Origin: Reclinomonas americana ATCC 50394 | Taxonomy: Eukaryota | Assembly (NCBI GenBank): GCA_048213135.1 | Contig: PS015010.1 | Location: 1,054,001-1,118,000, forward strand | Direction: 5' to 3' | Length of the DNA stretch: 64,000 nucleotides | In this document: positions 30,600 through 41,433 of the stretch, piece after piece | How positions within the stretch are numbered: the first letter of the stretch is position 1 | How the letters are laid out: every line of letters begins with the position of its first letter | Position numbers and translations under genes: made by a program | The notes under the pieces: generated by a model | What the model saw: only the letters and a program-made list of their open reading frames with translations | What the model was told of the DNA's origin: nothing | Database searches by the model: none

Positions 30600-31487
30600 T
30601 TATAACTGGTAAGGGATCATACCCCTGATGCCCATGTCCACAACCGCATCACCTTTGTCGGGGTCGAAGGTATCATTTCCGTCTGCATCCAGCCATTCAA
30701 AGCTTTTGTTTACAGAAAGAGAAACGATGATGTTGATATCGGTTTTCTCTGTACCTGTGATCACCAGTGGTGAGAGGAACAGCCCTGTTACCAGGCAGGA
30801 GCCCGCCGGAATGGGAGAGGTGGCAAACAGCGGATTGGGTACCGTCGTTGCACCCGCCGGAGCCTGGCCCGAGCTTACGAAACCAAAGCCGGGTATCTTG
30901 CCTTCCACAGCCCAGTATCCCTGCAGCCGGTTACCGTTTACCGTAATGGTTGAGTCTTTTACTTTATAGTTGGTAAGGTATGTATTGAAACCGATAAAAG
31001 AGGCCACTGTAGCATCGAAAGTGAAACCGGCGCTGTTCATATATACATTATAATTCTGGTAGGCCAGCGATACCCGCAGCCAGGTATAGGTGCCTGCCGC
31101 GATATTTTTGATGGGCACGCTCAGGAAAACGCCGCCATTACCCGCGAACTTGGAATTTTTAAAGTCGATGGCGGTGCTGCCGCCGGCTGTGGTTTCCGGT
31201 GCCTTGTAGAGGATGGCTCCGCCGCCCAGTGCAGTAAAGGCAGAAGGGGTCATTTCCACGTAATGGGCGCTCATCAGGTTAAAACGCGGGGACTGTCCTT
31301 TGTGACCAGCCGCCATGGTCGTTGGCTGACCCAGGGCATTTAGTCTTTGCTGTGTGGAGTCGAATTTGAAAATAAAGTTGACCTTAGGTCCGCTGTCAGC
31401 TATCGGGTCACGGGTATCATCATCTTTCTGGCAGGAACTGAGTGCAGTCAGCAGGAGAACTGCTGCAAGGATGGGTTTGAATGGCAT
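30600..31487 (-). CDS. Hypothetical beta-rich lipoprotein
   Basis: ATG 31487 gives the MPFKPILAAVLLLTALSSC lipobox. Confidence 0.75.
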   Translation of the reverse strand: MPFKPILAAVLLLTALSSCQKDDDTRDPIADSGPKVNFIFKFDSTQQRLNALGQPTTMAAGHKGQSPRFNLMSAHYVEMTPSAFTALGGGAILYKAPETTAGGSTAIDFKNSKFAGNGGVFLSVPIKNIAAGTYTWLRVSLAYQNYNVYMNSAGFTFDATVASFIGFNTYLTNYKVKDSTITVNGNRLQGYWAVEGKIPGFGFVSSGQAPAGATTVPNPLFATSPIPAGSCLVTGLFLSPLVITGTEKTDINIIVSLSVNKSFEWLDADGNDTFDPDKGDAVVDMGIRGMIPYQL

Positions 31488-31536
31488 AAGTTGGTAGTTT
31501 GGATTGTAACGGCAGTTTCGGCCGTTTATTTTCATA

Positions 31537-32556
31537 TTACAGGCTTTCGATGGTTTCGAGCACCTGTTTTAGCATTTCTTTAGTAAAATCCAGATGGGTG
31601 ACCATGCGAACCTGGCTGGCCGATACCGGCAGGCAGAGAATACCGAATCGTTTGAGTTCATCGCAAAAACTAGTCGCGGTATAGCTGCCTTTCACCTCAA
31701 AAATGACAATATTGGTTTCTACAGGCATCATTTTACCGATGAAATTCTTCTCCAGGAGGGCCTGGGCCAACTGGTGGGCATGATCATGGTCTTCCGCCAG
31801 CCTGTCGATGTGGTGTTCCAGGGCGTAAATGCCAGCCGCGGCCATATAGCCAGCCTGTCGCATACCGCCACCAAACACTTTTCTTACCCGCCTGGCTTTC
31901 TTAATAAAAGCATGGGGGCCGATGAGGAGGCTGCCGATGGGGGTACCCAGCCCTTTGCTCAGGCACACAGATATGGTATCGAATACCTCGCCATAAGCTT
32001 TGGGTGATTCCTGCTTGGCCACCAGGGCATTCCAGAGGCGGGCACCGTCAAGATGCAGTTTTAAATTATTTTTCAGGCAAACCTCTTTAATCTTTTGAAA
32101 ATCAGAAAATTCATAACAGCTACCACCGCCCCTGTTGGCTGTATTTTCCAGGCTCACCAGGCTGGTACGGGCTTTATGCGGATCATCGGGGTTGATGACT
32201 TCGGCCACCATATCCGCAGTTAGCATGCCCCTGTTGCCGTCAAGCGGACGAACCTGGCAGCCGCTGTTGAGGGCGATACCGCCTCCCTCATATTGGTACA
32301 CATGGCTGTATTTATCGCAGATGACTTCATCGCCGGGTTGGGTGTGACATTTAATACCTATCTGGTTGGTCATGGTCCCGGTAGGGCAAAACAGTGCAGC
32401 CTCCATACCGAACATACTGGCAGTCATGGCTTCCAGTTGATTGACTGATGGGTCTTCACCAAATACGTCATCGCCAACGGGGGCTTTGAACATGGTTTCC
32501 AGCATAGCCGGGGTGGGTTTGGTAAAGGTGTCGGAGCGGAGGTCGGCTGTTGTCAT
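31537..32556 (-). CDS. ltaE: Low-specificity L-threonine aldolase
   Basis: [26 protein letters not shown] (PLP lysine). ATG 32556 lies just below a TATATTTG -7 box. Confidence 0.95.
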   Translation of the reverse strand: MTTADLRSDTFTKPTPAMLETMFKAPVGDDVFGEDPSVNQLEAMTASMFGMEAALFCPTGTMTNQIGIKCHTQPGDEVICDKYSHVYQYEGGGIALNSGCQVRPLDGNRGMLTADMVAEVINPDDPHKARTSLVSLENTANRGGGSCYEFSDFQKIKEVCLKNNLKLHLDGARLWNALVAKQESPKAYGEVFDTISVCLSKGLGTPIGSLLIGPHAFIKKARRVRKVFGGGMRQAGYMAAAGIYALEHHIDRLAEDHDHAHQLAQALLEKNFIGKMMPVETNIVIFEVKGSYTATSFCDELKRFGILCLPVSASQVRMVTHLDFTKEMLKQVLETIESL

Positions 32557-32567
32557 GGGACAAATAT

Positions 32568-32687
32568 AGGTTGACATCTTAGAATTTGAGATGTCAACCT
32601 GTATGAACCTGTATGATTGCCTTTATACGTAAAGATGTCAACCTATATGTAACCTATATGTAAAAATACGCCAGAGGATGTCAACCT
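32568..32687. repeat. REP-like cluster 1 (4 copies of AGGTTGACATC/GATGTCAACCT)
   Basis: Copies at 32568-32579, 32589-32600 (inverted, forming a hairpin with the first), 32633-32644 and 32677-32687. Confidence 0.85.
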
Positions 32688-32887
32688 ATCCGGAAGGGAC
32701 CTTAATTTACACATTACAGTTTTCCCCCTTTTACCTGTTTTTTGCACAGTCGCTATGAAATACGGGCATTCTGTCGTAACTTTGCAAACTATTTTAGGGA
32801 TTCCTGTGCATTAACCATTCTTTTGCAACGTTTTCCCAACTAAACCTGTCCTACTAGCGTTATATATTCTGAATACAACCCAATAAG

Positions 32888-33745
32888 ATGAGGCAATTAA
32901 AGATCGCAACGCAGATAACCAACCGTGACTCTCAGGCGGTTGAGAAGTATCTGCAGGAAATTTCAAAAATCTCGATGATCACCCCTGAAGAGGAAACCAT
33001 CCTGGCGCAGAAGATCAAGATGGGAGATCAGCGGGCATTGGACAAATTGGTGCAGGCCAACCTTCGTTTTGTGGTATCTGTAGCTAAGCAATACCAGCAC
33101 CAGGGCCTTTCTCTTAGCGATTTAATCAACGAGGGCAACCTCGGCTTAATTAAAGCGGCACAACGCTTCGACGAAACCAAAGGTTTCAAATTCATTTCTT
33201 ACGCTGTGTGGTGGATTCGCCAATCGATACTGCAGGCGTTGGCAGAGCAGGGCAGATTAGTCCGCTTGCCTCAAAACAAAATTGGCACATATAACAAAGC
33301 CAATAAAGCCTATATGGCTTTTGAGCAGGAGCACGAACGTGAACCATCTACTGAAGAGCTGGCAGAATTGCTGGAAATGAGTGAGACGGAGATCAACAAT
33401 ATTTTCCAGAGCAACACCCGTCACACTTCACTTGATGCACCTGTGCATGAAGCTGAAGATGTAGCTATGGGCGACCTTTTAAAAGGGGCTGATGAAACGG
33501 ATGAAGACGTAATGCATGACTCCCTGAAGAATGAGATCCGCCGGGTGCTGAAATCCCTGAGTCCGCGGGAAGCAGAAATTGTAAATGCTTACTTTGGCCT
33601 GGACGGTGAAAATGGCGTTACTATTGAACAGATCGGCCAGAAATACGATCTTACCAAAGAACGTATCCGCCAGATCAAGGAAAGGGCGATCAAACGTTTA
33701 CAGAAAGCCCGTTATAGTGGTGCGCTGAAAGCCTATCTCGGTTAA
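32888..33745 (+). CDS. rpoD: RpoD/SigA-family sigma-70 factor, short Bacteroidota type lacking region 1.1 (primary or close paralog)
   Basis: ANLRFVVSVAK, DLINEGNLGL, FISYAVWWIRQ, LTKERIRQI; TAACTTTG box at 32777-32784. Confidence 0.92.
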   Translation: MRQLKIATQITNRDSQAVEKYLQEISKISMITPEEETILAQKIKMGDQRALDKLVQANLRFVVSVAKQYQHQGLSLSDLINEGNLGLIKAAQRFDETKGFKFISYAVWWIRQSILQALAEQGRLVRLPQNKIGTYNKANKAYMAFEQEHEREPSTEELAELLEMSETEINNIFQSNTRHTSLDAPVHEAEDVAMGDLLKGADETDEDVMHDSLKNEIRRVLKSLSPREAEIVNAYFGLDGENGVTIEQIGQKYDLTKERIRQIKERAIKRLQKARYSGALKAYLG

Positions 33746-33765
33746 AACAAATTCAGATATTAAGG

Positions 33766-33792
33766 AATCCCCCTCGAGCAAGGGGGATTTTT
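33766..33792 (+). terminator. Intrinsic terminator after the sigma gene
   Basis: AATCCCCCT/AGGGGGATT stem plus T tract. Confidence 0.85.
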
Positions 33793-33887
33793 GTTTTGAG
33801 GAAAACAACAGGATTTTCGAGGATTTTCTGCTAGCAGATTGCGGGTAATACTGGAAATGAGGTTGACATCTCAGTCTAGCTTCGGGT

Positions 33888-34544
33888 ATGCCAACAAATA
33901 AAAAATATTTAGCCCGATTTGACTTTGGAGGGATATACCACATTTACAACAGGGTAAACGATTCGGAATTGCTGTTCAAACATGATGAGGACAAACGGTA
34001 TTTTCTAATGTTGTTTGACCATTATCTATCCCCTTTAATGGACGTCTTTGCCTGGAGTCTATTACCCAATCACTTTCATTTTGTCGTAAGAATCAAAAGC
34101 AATGATGAGATTCTCCTGAATTTAGACCCTGATACTAAATTAAAATGTGAGCGGAGATTTATTGCAGATGCTGATATTGAATGCCTGGTATCCATGAGTT
34201 TTAAAAGAATGTTCATTTCCTATTCGCTGTCTTTCAATAACCTGTATCAGCGAAAAGGAAATTTGTTCCAAAGGCAGTTTAAGCGTGTGGTTGTAGAGAA
34301 AGATCACCAGTTCACCAGGACCCTGGTTTACGTACACCTTAATGCACAAAAGCATAAAATTGTAGATAATATAGAAAGCTATAGGTGGACTTCCTATCAT
34401 ATCGCATTAGGAGCAAACAAGACAAAGCTATTGAGACAGGAAGTACTTCAATGGTTTGGAGGGCGGGAAACATTTATTAAAACTCATATGATTGCATTGG
34501 AAGAGCATTATGAAAAAGAAATAACGGTAGAAGGGGATGATTGA
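33888..34544 (+). mobile_element. REP-associated tyrosine transposase (RAYT/TnpA-REP, HUH Y1 family)
   Basis: YHIYNR, LLPNHFH (HUH), GNLFQRQFK, YVHLN (catalytic Tyr) and YRWTSY. More AT-rich than neighbours and flanked by a perfect 15-bp inverted repeat (33858-33872 / 34577-34591). Confidence 0.88.
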
Positions 34545-34557
34545 GTTTGCAAACCGT

Positions 34558-34716
34558 AGATGTCAACCTTAATTCAGAGATGTCAACCTCAAAAATAATC
34601 CAGGAATAGCCATACTTATAACATCAATTATGGTTAAAAATGCGGTTGACATCTATAAAAATCTCTAAAAATGTGGTTGACATCTCAATTAAAATCTCGA
34701 TTAAAAGATGTCAACC
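34558..34716. repeat. REP-like cluster 2 (5 copies of GGTTGACATCT/AGATGTCAACC)
   Basis: Copies at 34558-34569, 34577-34591, 34644-34654, 34675-34686 and 34706-34716, in both orientations. Confidence 0.85.
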
Positions 34717-34751
34717 GACCCCACTTTCCCGCCTTTCCCTAACTTTACTAT

Positions 34752-35633
34752 ATGAAAAAGACCCTTTTCCCCATATTAATTTCCTTCCTCCTCATCTCCT
34801 GCGAAAAAAATATCAACTTCGACCTGAAAAATGCGGATGACATCCTCGTCGTTGATGCACAAATAGAAAACGGCCAACCACCAGCTGTCATCCTCACCAA
34901 AAGCCTCGACTATTTCGGAGCCATCAGTCCCGACATCCTCGCCGCTTCCTTCATCCACGGAGCAGAAGTCACGATGTCCAATGGCACCCTTACACACAAA
35001 CTCAAAGAATACACTATACCCTTAGCCAACGGTTACAGCTTTTCTTATTATGGTATCGACTCGGCTAACCTGGCCACGGCATTTACCGGGGAATTTACCA
35101 AGCGGTACGACCTCACCATCAAAGCAGAAGGAAAAGAATACACCGCCCATACTACCATTCCGGCCCTGACTAAGTTCCCGGATTCACTCTGGTTCAAACC
35201 GGCCCCGCCAAATGTCGATACTTCAAGGCGGGTACTCATGACCCGCGTAACCGATCCGCCGGGACTGGGCAATTATATACGCTATTACACCAAAAGAAAC
35301 AGCGGCAACTTCCTGCCCGGACTCAACTCGGTGTACAGCGACGAAGTGGTGGACGGCACCACTTACTCAGCACAGGTAGACCAGGGAGTGGACCGTAACG
35401 CCTCCCTGCCTACGGGAGACGAGAATTTCTTCACAAGAGGCGACACCGTCACATTTAAAATATCCAACATCGACCGGGCTACCTATACTTTCTGGAGCAC
35501 CTGGGAATTCTCACAAACCAGTATCGGCAACCCCTTTTCTCAGCCGGGCAAAGTGCTGGGTAACATCAGCAATGGCGCACTGGGTGCCTTCTGCGGCTAT
35601 GCCAGCTGGTACGGAACCGTTATCGCCAGGTAA
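34752..35633 (+). CDS. DUF4249 family lipoprotein
   Basis: LISC lipobox, LVVDAQI, DPPGLGNY, GNISNGALGAF. Confidence 0.85.
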   Translation: MKKTLFPILISFLLISCEKNINFDLKNADDILVVDAQIENGQPPAVILTKSLDYFGAISPDILAASFIHGAEVTMSNGTLTHKLKEYTIPLANGYSFSYYGIDSANLATAFTGEFTKRYDLTIKAEGKEYTAHTTIPALTKFPDSLWFKPAPPNVDTSRRVLMTRVTDPPGLGNYIRYYTKRNSGNFLPGLNSVYSDEVVDGTTYSAQVDQGVDRNASLPTGDENFFTRGDTVTFKISNIDRATYTFWSTWEFSQTSIGNPFSQPGKVLGNISNGALGAFCGYASWYGTVIAR

Positions 35634-35786
35634 ATACGGCACAACGCTGAGTAGTCATCCTGCCATAATTTTTAACTTTCCTGACCGGCTGTCACAGGAT
35701 ATCCCCATTATGAGGAGATTTGATCAGTGGCATAATCTTTATACTATCTATTATTGCATTAAATTCGTGATTAAACAAGTATCAGA

Positions 35787-36728
35787 ATGACGGACATGGA
35801 AAAAGTACACTGCCTCATCATTGGATCAGGACCGGCAGGATACACAGCAGCTATTTATGCTTCAAGAGCGGGATTGAACCCGGTGCTTTACCAGGGTATT
35901 CAGCCCGGCGGACAATTAACCATAACTACAGAAGTAGAAAATTATCCCGGGTATCCCGATGGCATACAGGGCCCCGATATGATGATGCATTTCGAGAACC
36001 AGGCCAAACGCATGGGTGCTGATATCCGGTACGGTCTTGCCACAAAAGTGGATTTCTCGACCCGCCCGCTGAAAGTGCAGATCGATGAGGAAAAATGGAT
36101 GGAAGCCGATTCGGTGATCATCTCCACCGGTGCCTCCGCCAAATGGCTGGGCATCGAAAGCGAACAACGGCTCAATGGCTATGGCGTAAGCGCCTGTGCC
36201 GTATGCGATGGTTTCTTTTTTAAGGGAAAAGAAGTGGCGATCGTAGGAGCCGGTGACACGGCAGCGGAAGAAGCACTCTATCTTTCCAAAATATGTTCTC
36301 AGGTACATATGATCGTAAGAAAAGGAGAGATGCGGGCCAGCAAAGTGATGCAGGAACGTGTACTGAAAACCTCCAATATTAAAGTTTACTGGCACAGCGA
36401 GACCGATGAAGTACTGGGCGGCACGAAAGTTGAAGGGGTACGTATAAGCAATAACCAGACAGGAGAAAAACTGGAAATACCGGTAAGTGCTTTCTTCGTG
36501 GCCATTGGTCACCAGCCCAATTCTGACATCTTTAAAGGATGGCTGGATATGGATGACGCAGGCTACCTGAAAACGATACCCGGTACTTCTAAAACCAATA
36601 TTGAAGGCGTTTTTGCCGCAGGCGACGTACAGGACAAGATTTACCGCCAGGCCGTTACGGCAGCGGGATCTGGCTGTATGGCCGCACTCGACGCGGAGCG
36701 CTATCTCAGCGAAAAAGGATTACACTGA
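35787..36728 (+). CDS. trxB: Thioredoxin reductase
   Basis: GSGPAG, GGQL, CAVC, GAGDTAAEEA, GVFAAGD. Confidence 0.97.
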   Translation: MTDMEKVHCLIIGSGPAGYTAAIYASRAGLNPVLYQGIQPGGQLTITTEVENYPGYPDGIQGPDMMMHFENQAKRMGADIRYGLATKVDFSTRPLKVQIDEEKWMEADSVIISTGASAKWLGIESEQRLNGYGVSACAVCDGFFFKGKEVAIVGAGDTAAEEALYLSKICSQVHMIVRKGEMRASKVMQERVLKTSNIKVYWHSETDEVLGGTKVEGVRISNNQTGEKLEIPVSAFFVAIGHQPNSDIFKGWLDMDDAGYLKTIPGTSKTNIEGVFAAGDVQDKIYRQAVTAAGSGCMAALDAERYLSEKGLH

Positions 36729-37078
36729 TGTTTACCATTGAACTCAATAACCTCATCTTTACTGCCAGGCATGGCGTACACGCCGAAGAGAAAGTCCTCG
36801 GCAACACCTACGAAGTAAGCGTATCGCTCACCACCAACGTTGTGGAAGCGGTTACGGAGTTATCCCAAACGGTGAATTATGTAACGGTTTATGATGTCAT
36901 TAAGCAGCGTATGGATGTTCCCAGCGCTCTTTTGGAAACAGTGGCGCAGGAACTGGCCATCGCCATCAGCGCGCTGGATGAACGCATCCGTTCCATATCG
37001 GTCACCATCAGGAAAAAATATCCTCCTTTACTGGGTATGGATGGCACGGTGGGCGTTTGTTATAAAAAGGATTTTTAA
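36728..37078 (+). CDS. folB: Dihydroneopterin aldolase
   Basis: HGVHAEEKVLG, TVNY, LLE, catalytic Lys in IRKKYPP. Confidence 0.93.
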   Translation: MFTIELNNLIFTARHGVHAEEKVLGNTYEVSVSLTTNVVEAVTELSQTVNYVTVYDVIKQRMDVPSALLETVAQELAIAISALDERIRSISVTIRKKYPPLLGMDGTVGVCYKKDF

Positions 37079-37837
37079 ATGAAGTATTTCCTCGTTTCTT
37101 TACTGAGCTTCCTCTTATCCTGCAGCACAGCCCTTTCACAGGATGTGGCGGCAATGATACGCGAAGCCGATAAACTGGAAGCGGTTCCCAACGAAAAAGG
37201 GGCTTTCGCCAAATTCAAGGAAGTGCTGAAACTGCAGCCTTCAAACCTGTATGCGCTCAGCAAATGCAGCGAACTCTGCAGCCGCATCGGCCAGCGGCAA
37301 ATCGGGAATAATGAACTGAGGGATGAGTACTACCAGGCGGCGAAGATCTACGCCGAAACGGCCTTACGTCTTAATCCCAACTACTCCTATGCCAACAGTT
37401 CCATGGCCATCGCCCTGGGCCGTTCTTCCATGAGTAAAAGCGGCAAGGAAAAAATTGCCAATGCACGCGAAGTAAAAAAATATGTTGATCTCGCTCTTAA
37501 AAATGACCCGCAGAATTTCAAAGCCTGGCACGTACTGGGCCGGTGGAATTACGAGATCGTGAACCTTTCCATGCTGGAAAGGGCTGCTGTTAAAGTGTTG
37601 TACGGCGGACTCCCATCTGCTTCCATCACGGAGTCCATCAATGCTTTTGAAAAAGCCAGGAGCATTTCCCCGGGATTTGTCCTCAACTATTTTGAAATGG
37701 CCAAGGCCTATAAAGAAGACGACAACAAAGCCAAGGCCATTGCCTATCTCAACCATATGCTTACCCTGCCGGATGCTACCGAGGACGACGCTTCCATTAA
37801 GGAAAAGGGCAGGGCCCTCCTTCGCCAATGGGAATAA
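37079..37837 (+). CDS. Secreted TPR-repeat protein (RMDN/RMD1-like)
   Basis: Signal peptide; TPR-like helices (ALRLNP, ALKNDP, AWHVLGRW). Confidence 0.75.
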   Translation: MKYFLVSLLSFLLSCSTALSQDVAAMIREADKLEAVPNEKGAFAKFKEVLKLQPSNLYALSKCSELCSRIGQRQIGNNELRDEYYQAAKIYAETALRLNPNYSYANSSMAIALGRSSMSKSGKEKIANAREVKKYVDLALKNDPQNFKAWHVLGRWNYEIVNLSMLERAAVKVLYGGLPSASITESINAFEKARSISPGFVLNYFEMAKAYKEDDNKAKAIAYLNHMLTLPDATEDDASIKEKGRALLRQWE

Positions 37838-37930
37838 CGATCCCTGATAACTGCCGCTTAACCAAAATGCAGGTCATCTTTTAGTTTCCCGCCCCGTTTT
37901 AGATTATCTTCGGAAACCTAAAATCACATT

Positions 37931-39880
37931 ATGATCAGGAAACTGCAATTGTCCTTGCTATGCCTCGTATCTGTCGCCACTGTTCACGCACAGGAAGCGG
38001 TCAAATTATCCAACTATAATCCGCAGGCGCTCTTTTCTCCCATGTTCTATCCAACAGGAGGAACCATAACAAGAGCGGCGACCGGAGCTCCTAACGTAGG
38101 CTACTGGCAGAATAAAGCGGATTATTACATATCCGCATCACTCAACGATGCCACCAACGAGATCAAAGGTTCGGTGACCATCACCTACAAAAACAACAGT
38201 CCGCACCCGCTGCCATTCCTCTGGCTGCAACTCGATCAGAACCTGTTCAACAAAGACAGCAGGGGACAGGCCCGTATGCCTGTAGATGCGAGGAGCCGCT
38301 ACGGCGACAGCAAAAGTAATTTCAATGGCGGCTATACCATCAGCTCGGTAAAACTGGCCGATAACAGTGCTGCCAATTACCTCATTTCCGATACCCGTAT
38401 GCAGATACGCCTGCCCAAACCGGTGATGCCAGGCAGCTCCACCAGTTTCAGTATCGACTATGCGTTTACGTTACCCCAGTACGGTGCCGACAGGTGCGGT
38501 ATTCTCAAAACCACTAATGGCGACATTTTCGCTGTAGCGCAGTGGTACCCGCGGATGTGTGTATTTGATGATGTGGAAGGATGGAACACCCTGCCTTACT
38601 TAGGACCAAGCGAATTTTATCTTGAATATGGTGATTTCGATATAAAGATCACCGCGCCGGCGAGTCATATCGTTACCTGCAGTGGCGAACTCGTTAATGA
38701 AGCAGAAGTGCTTACTCCAACACAGGTATCGCGACTGGCGGCAGCCCGCAAAAGTGATGAAACGGTCATCATCCGTTCCGAGAAAGAAGTGACTGATCCA
38801 GCTTCCAGACCCAAAGGCAGTACGCTTACCTGGCATTATAAGATCAGCAATGCACGCGACGTGGCCTGGGCCAGCAGTAAATCCTTCATTTGGGACGCGG
38901 CCCGCATCAACCTGCCCAGCGGCAAAGCCTGCCTGGCCATGAGTGTTTATCCTTCTGAAAGCAATGGGAAAAAAGCATGGGGAAGGGCTACCGAATATAC
39001 CAAGGGCAGCATCGAAAATTACAGCAAGCGCTGGTTTGAATACCCGTACCCCTGCGCCACCAATGTGGCCAGCAATGTGGGCGGTATGGAATACCCGGGC
39101 ATCGTGTTCTGCGGCAGCCGGGCACAAACTGACGGACTCTTTGGTGTAACTGACCACGAATTCGGGCATACCTGGTTCCCGATGATCGTTGGCAGCAACG
39201 AACGCAAATACGGCTGGATGGACGAAGGTTTCAACACCTTCATCAACTCACTGGCCGACGATGATTTTAATAAAGGAGAATATAAAGAGGCGGCACGTAA
39301 TATACAGGGACAGGCCCATTACTGGTTTGGTGAGACATCCGAATCGATCATGACTACACCCGACGCCCTTCGTGAAGCCAATATCGGCGTGGCACTTTAC
39401 TTCAAACCCGGTTACGGACTGGAACTGCTGCGCAATGAAATACTCGGTCCCGAACGTTTTGACTACGCGTTCCGCACTTATATTGAAAGGTGGGCTTACA
39501 AACATCCAACGCCCTGGGATTTTTTCAGGACGATGGACAATGTATCCGGCGAAGACCTCAGCTGGTTCTGGAGAGGCTGGTTCGTGGAAAACTACCGGAT
39601 CGACCAGTCCATACTGGGTGTAAAGTATGAGAACGACGATCCTGCACAGGGAGCCGTTGTTACCATCGCCAACCTCGACCAGATGGCCATGCCGGTGAAC
39701 ATCAGCTATGAAACGAAATCAGGAAAAAAAGGAAGATTGCGTTTACCTGTGGAAGTCTGGAACAACCGCGACGAAACCAAACTGCGTATACCCGTTACCG
39801 AAGAACTTGTACGTGTCGACATCGATCCTGATAAAATACTGCCGGATATGAACCCAACGAATAATACGTGGAGGAAGTAA
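37931..39880 (+). CDS. M1 family zinc aminopeptidase
   Basis: [14 protein letters not shown] and WMDEGF zinc-binding motifs; signal peptide. Confidence 0.95.
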   Translation: MIRKLQLSLLCLVSVATVHAQEAVKLSNYNPQALFSPMFYPTGGTITRAATGAPNVGYWQNKADYYISASLNDATNEIKGSVTITYKNNSPHPLPFLWLQLDQNLFNKDSRGQARMPVDARSRYGDSKSNFNGGYTISSVKLADNSAANYLISDTRMQIRLPKPVMPGSSTSFSIDYAFTLPQYGADRCGILKTTNGDIFAVAQWYPRMCVFDDVEGWNTLPYLGPSEFYLEYGDFDIKITAPASHIVTCSGELVNEAEVLTPTQVSRLAAARKSDETVIIRSEKEVTDPASRPKGSTLTWHYKISNARDVAWASSKSFIWDAARINLPSGKACLAMSVYPSESNGKKAWGRATEYTKGSIENYSKRWFEYPYPCATNVASNVGGMEYPGIVFCGSRAQTDGLFGVTDHEFGHTWFPMIVGSNERKYGWMDEGFNTFINSLADDDFNKGEYKEAARNIQGQAHYWFGETSESIMTTPDALREANIGVALYFKPGYGLELLRNEILGPERFDYAFRTYIERWAYKHPTPWDFFRTMDNVSGEDLSWFWRGWFVENYRIDQSILGVKYENDDPAQGAVVTIANLDQMAMPVNISYETKSGKKGRLRLPVEVWNNRDETKLRIPVTEELVRVDIDPDKILPDMNPTNNTWRK

Positions 39881-39889
39881 TCAATAATG

Positions 39890-40038
39890 AATTACAAATT
39901 ACGAATTACAAATTACGAATGGTGCGTAAGTTGGTGTATTGTATTATCATGTCAACTTTTATCACTGAAGAATAAGGTTGGCAGCGTAACAGACTATCAT
40001 CCTGCTATAAAAATATTCGTAATTAGTAATTCGTAATT
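39890..40038. repeat. Inverted pair of AATTAC[G/A/T] heptamer arrays
   Basis: (AATTACN)4 at 39890-39920 and a complementary array at 40015-40038, between convergent stops. Confidence 0.8.
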
Positions 40039-40045
40039 AACCCTC

Positions 40046-41410
40046 TCACATTGGAGAGCCCTTACTCTTCCACCTCCCGCTTCGCAGGTAGATGAACGCC
40101 ATCAAAAAGATAGTGGACCAGTACACCAGTTCATTGCTCCAGGCCATGGCCAGCGAGATATAGTGGACCTTTACGAAGATCCAGCTGTAGACAAGATAAA
40201 TGGTGATCGCCACAATCTCGATGAGCAGGTTGATGCGGGTCTTGCCCGTGCCTGTAACACCATTCAGCCAGATATTGGCGATACTCATAAACGTTAGTCC
40301 CACAGTCACCACCCTGATAACGGGAATCCCCTGTTTCACGAATTCTTCTCCTTGTCCGAACAGTCCAAAGAAAGTAGCAGGAAACAGGTTCACCAGCAGG
40401 CACATGAATACACAAAGCGCCACGCTCAGCAGCATGATCTTGGTAATGGCTTCCAGCACCCGGTCCTCTCTTTTCTGTCCCATAAGGTTACTCACCATCA
40501 CATTGCTGGTACTGGCAAAGGCCCACACAAACACACCCGTGAGCCCGAATACATTACGCATGGTATTGCTGATGGCCTTGGCCGTTTCGTCGTGCAGTCC
40601 TTCGATAAGGAAGAAAAACACCAGCCAGGTGGTTACGCTGATCACATATTGAAGTACCAGCGGGGCCGATACTTTCAATATTTCTTTACTGATCTTTTTA
40701 TGATACGCGAAACTGTCGAGCAGTCCGTATTGTTTCTTTAACCCGGTTTTGATCAGCACAATAAATACCACAACCATACCCACCACTTCAGAGATCACCG
40801 ATGCATAAGCGGCGCCATTGAAACCCAATGCCGGGAAACCCAGGTTGCCACTGATGAGCAGGTAATCGAGGATGATATTGACCAGTGCTTCGCAAATGAA
40901 CCCGATCATCAGGTAACGGCTGTTAAGCGACGCTACCAAAAAGGCATTGCCCATCTGGAACAGGAACAGGAAGGGGAGACCGAGTATCCTGATCTTGAGA
41001 AACTCCATTTCGATAGGATAGGCTTTGACATCAGCCACTTCCTTCATAATAAAGGGCGCTATAAACCAGGTAATGAGTATACCCGCCACCGCAAACTGGA
41101 GGCAAATGCGCAGGCCCTGCGCCAGGATGGTTTTGAAAACAGCGCTGTTGTCACTGCCCGCATAACGGGAGAATACCGACTGCATGGCATTATTCAGCCC
41201 ATTGCCCGCTACGGCAAATATTAAATAAAACACACCGGTGATGCCGGCATTGCCCAGCGCCTCGGTACTGTAATGTCCCAGGAATATACTGTTGGTCAGC
41301 ATATTGATCTGCGGAATAAGAATAGCAAGCGTAATGGGCAGGGCAATCGATAAGATCTGCCTGTTCGTCACCTGTACTTTTAAATCGGGTATTGCGGCTG
41401 TACTTTCCAT
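40046..41410 (-). CDS. MATE family efflux transporter
   Basis: 12-TM pattern, NIILDYLLI, LGFNGAAYAS. Confidence 0.92.
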   Translation of the reverse strand: MESTAAIPDLKVQVTNRQILSIALPITLAILIPQINMLTNSIFLGHYSTEALGNAGITGVFYLIFAVAGNGLNNAMQSVFSRYAGSDNSAVFKTILAQGLRICLQFAVAGILITWFIAPFIMKEVADVKAYPIEMEFLKIRILGLPFLFLFQMGNAFLVASLNSRYLMIGFICEALVNIILDYLLISGNLGFPALGFNGAAYASVISEVVGMVVVFIVLIKTGLKKQYGLLDSFAYHKKISKEILKVSAPLVLQYVISVTTWLVFFFLIEGLHDETAKAISNTMRNVFGLTGVFVWAFASTSNVMVSNLMGQKREDRVLEAITKIMLLSVALCVFMCLLVNLFPATFFGLFGQGEEFVKQGIPVIRVVTVGLTFMSIANIWLNGVTGTGKTRINLLIEIVAITIYLVYSWIFVKVHYISLAMAWSNELVYWSTIFLMAFIYLRSGRWKSKGSPM

Positions 41411-41433
41411 AAAGTCAGCAAAATTATCTTATT

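Noticed and set aside
33888-34544. Ordinary IS200/IS605 element
   Set aside because: The protein is longer than IS200 TnpA, has RAYT-type motifs, has no tnpB, and is surrounded by multiple short repeats instead of two subterminal hairpins.
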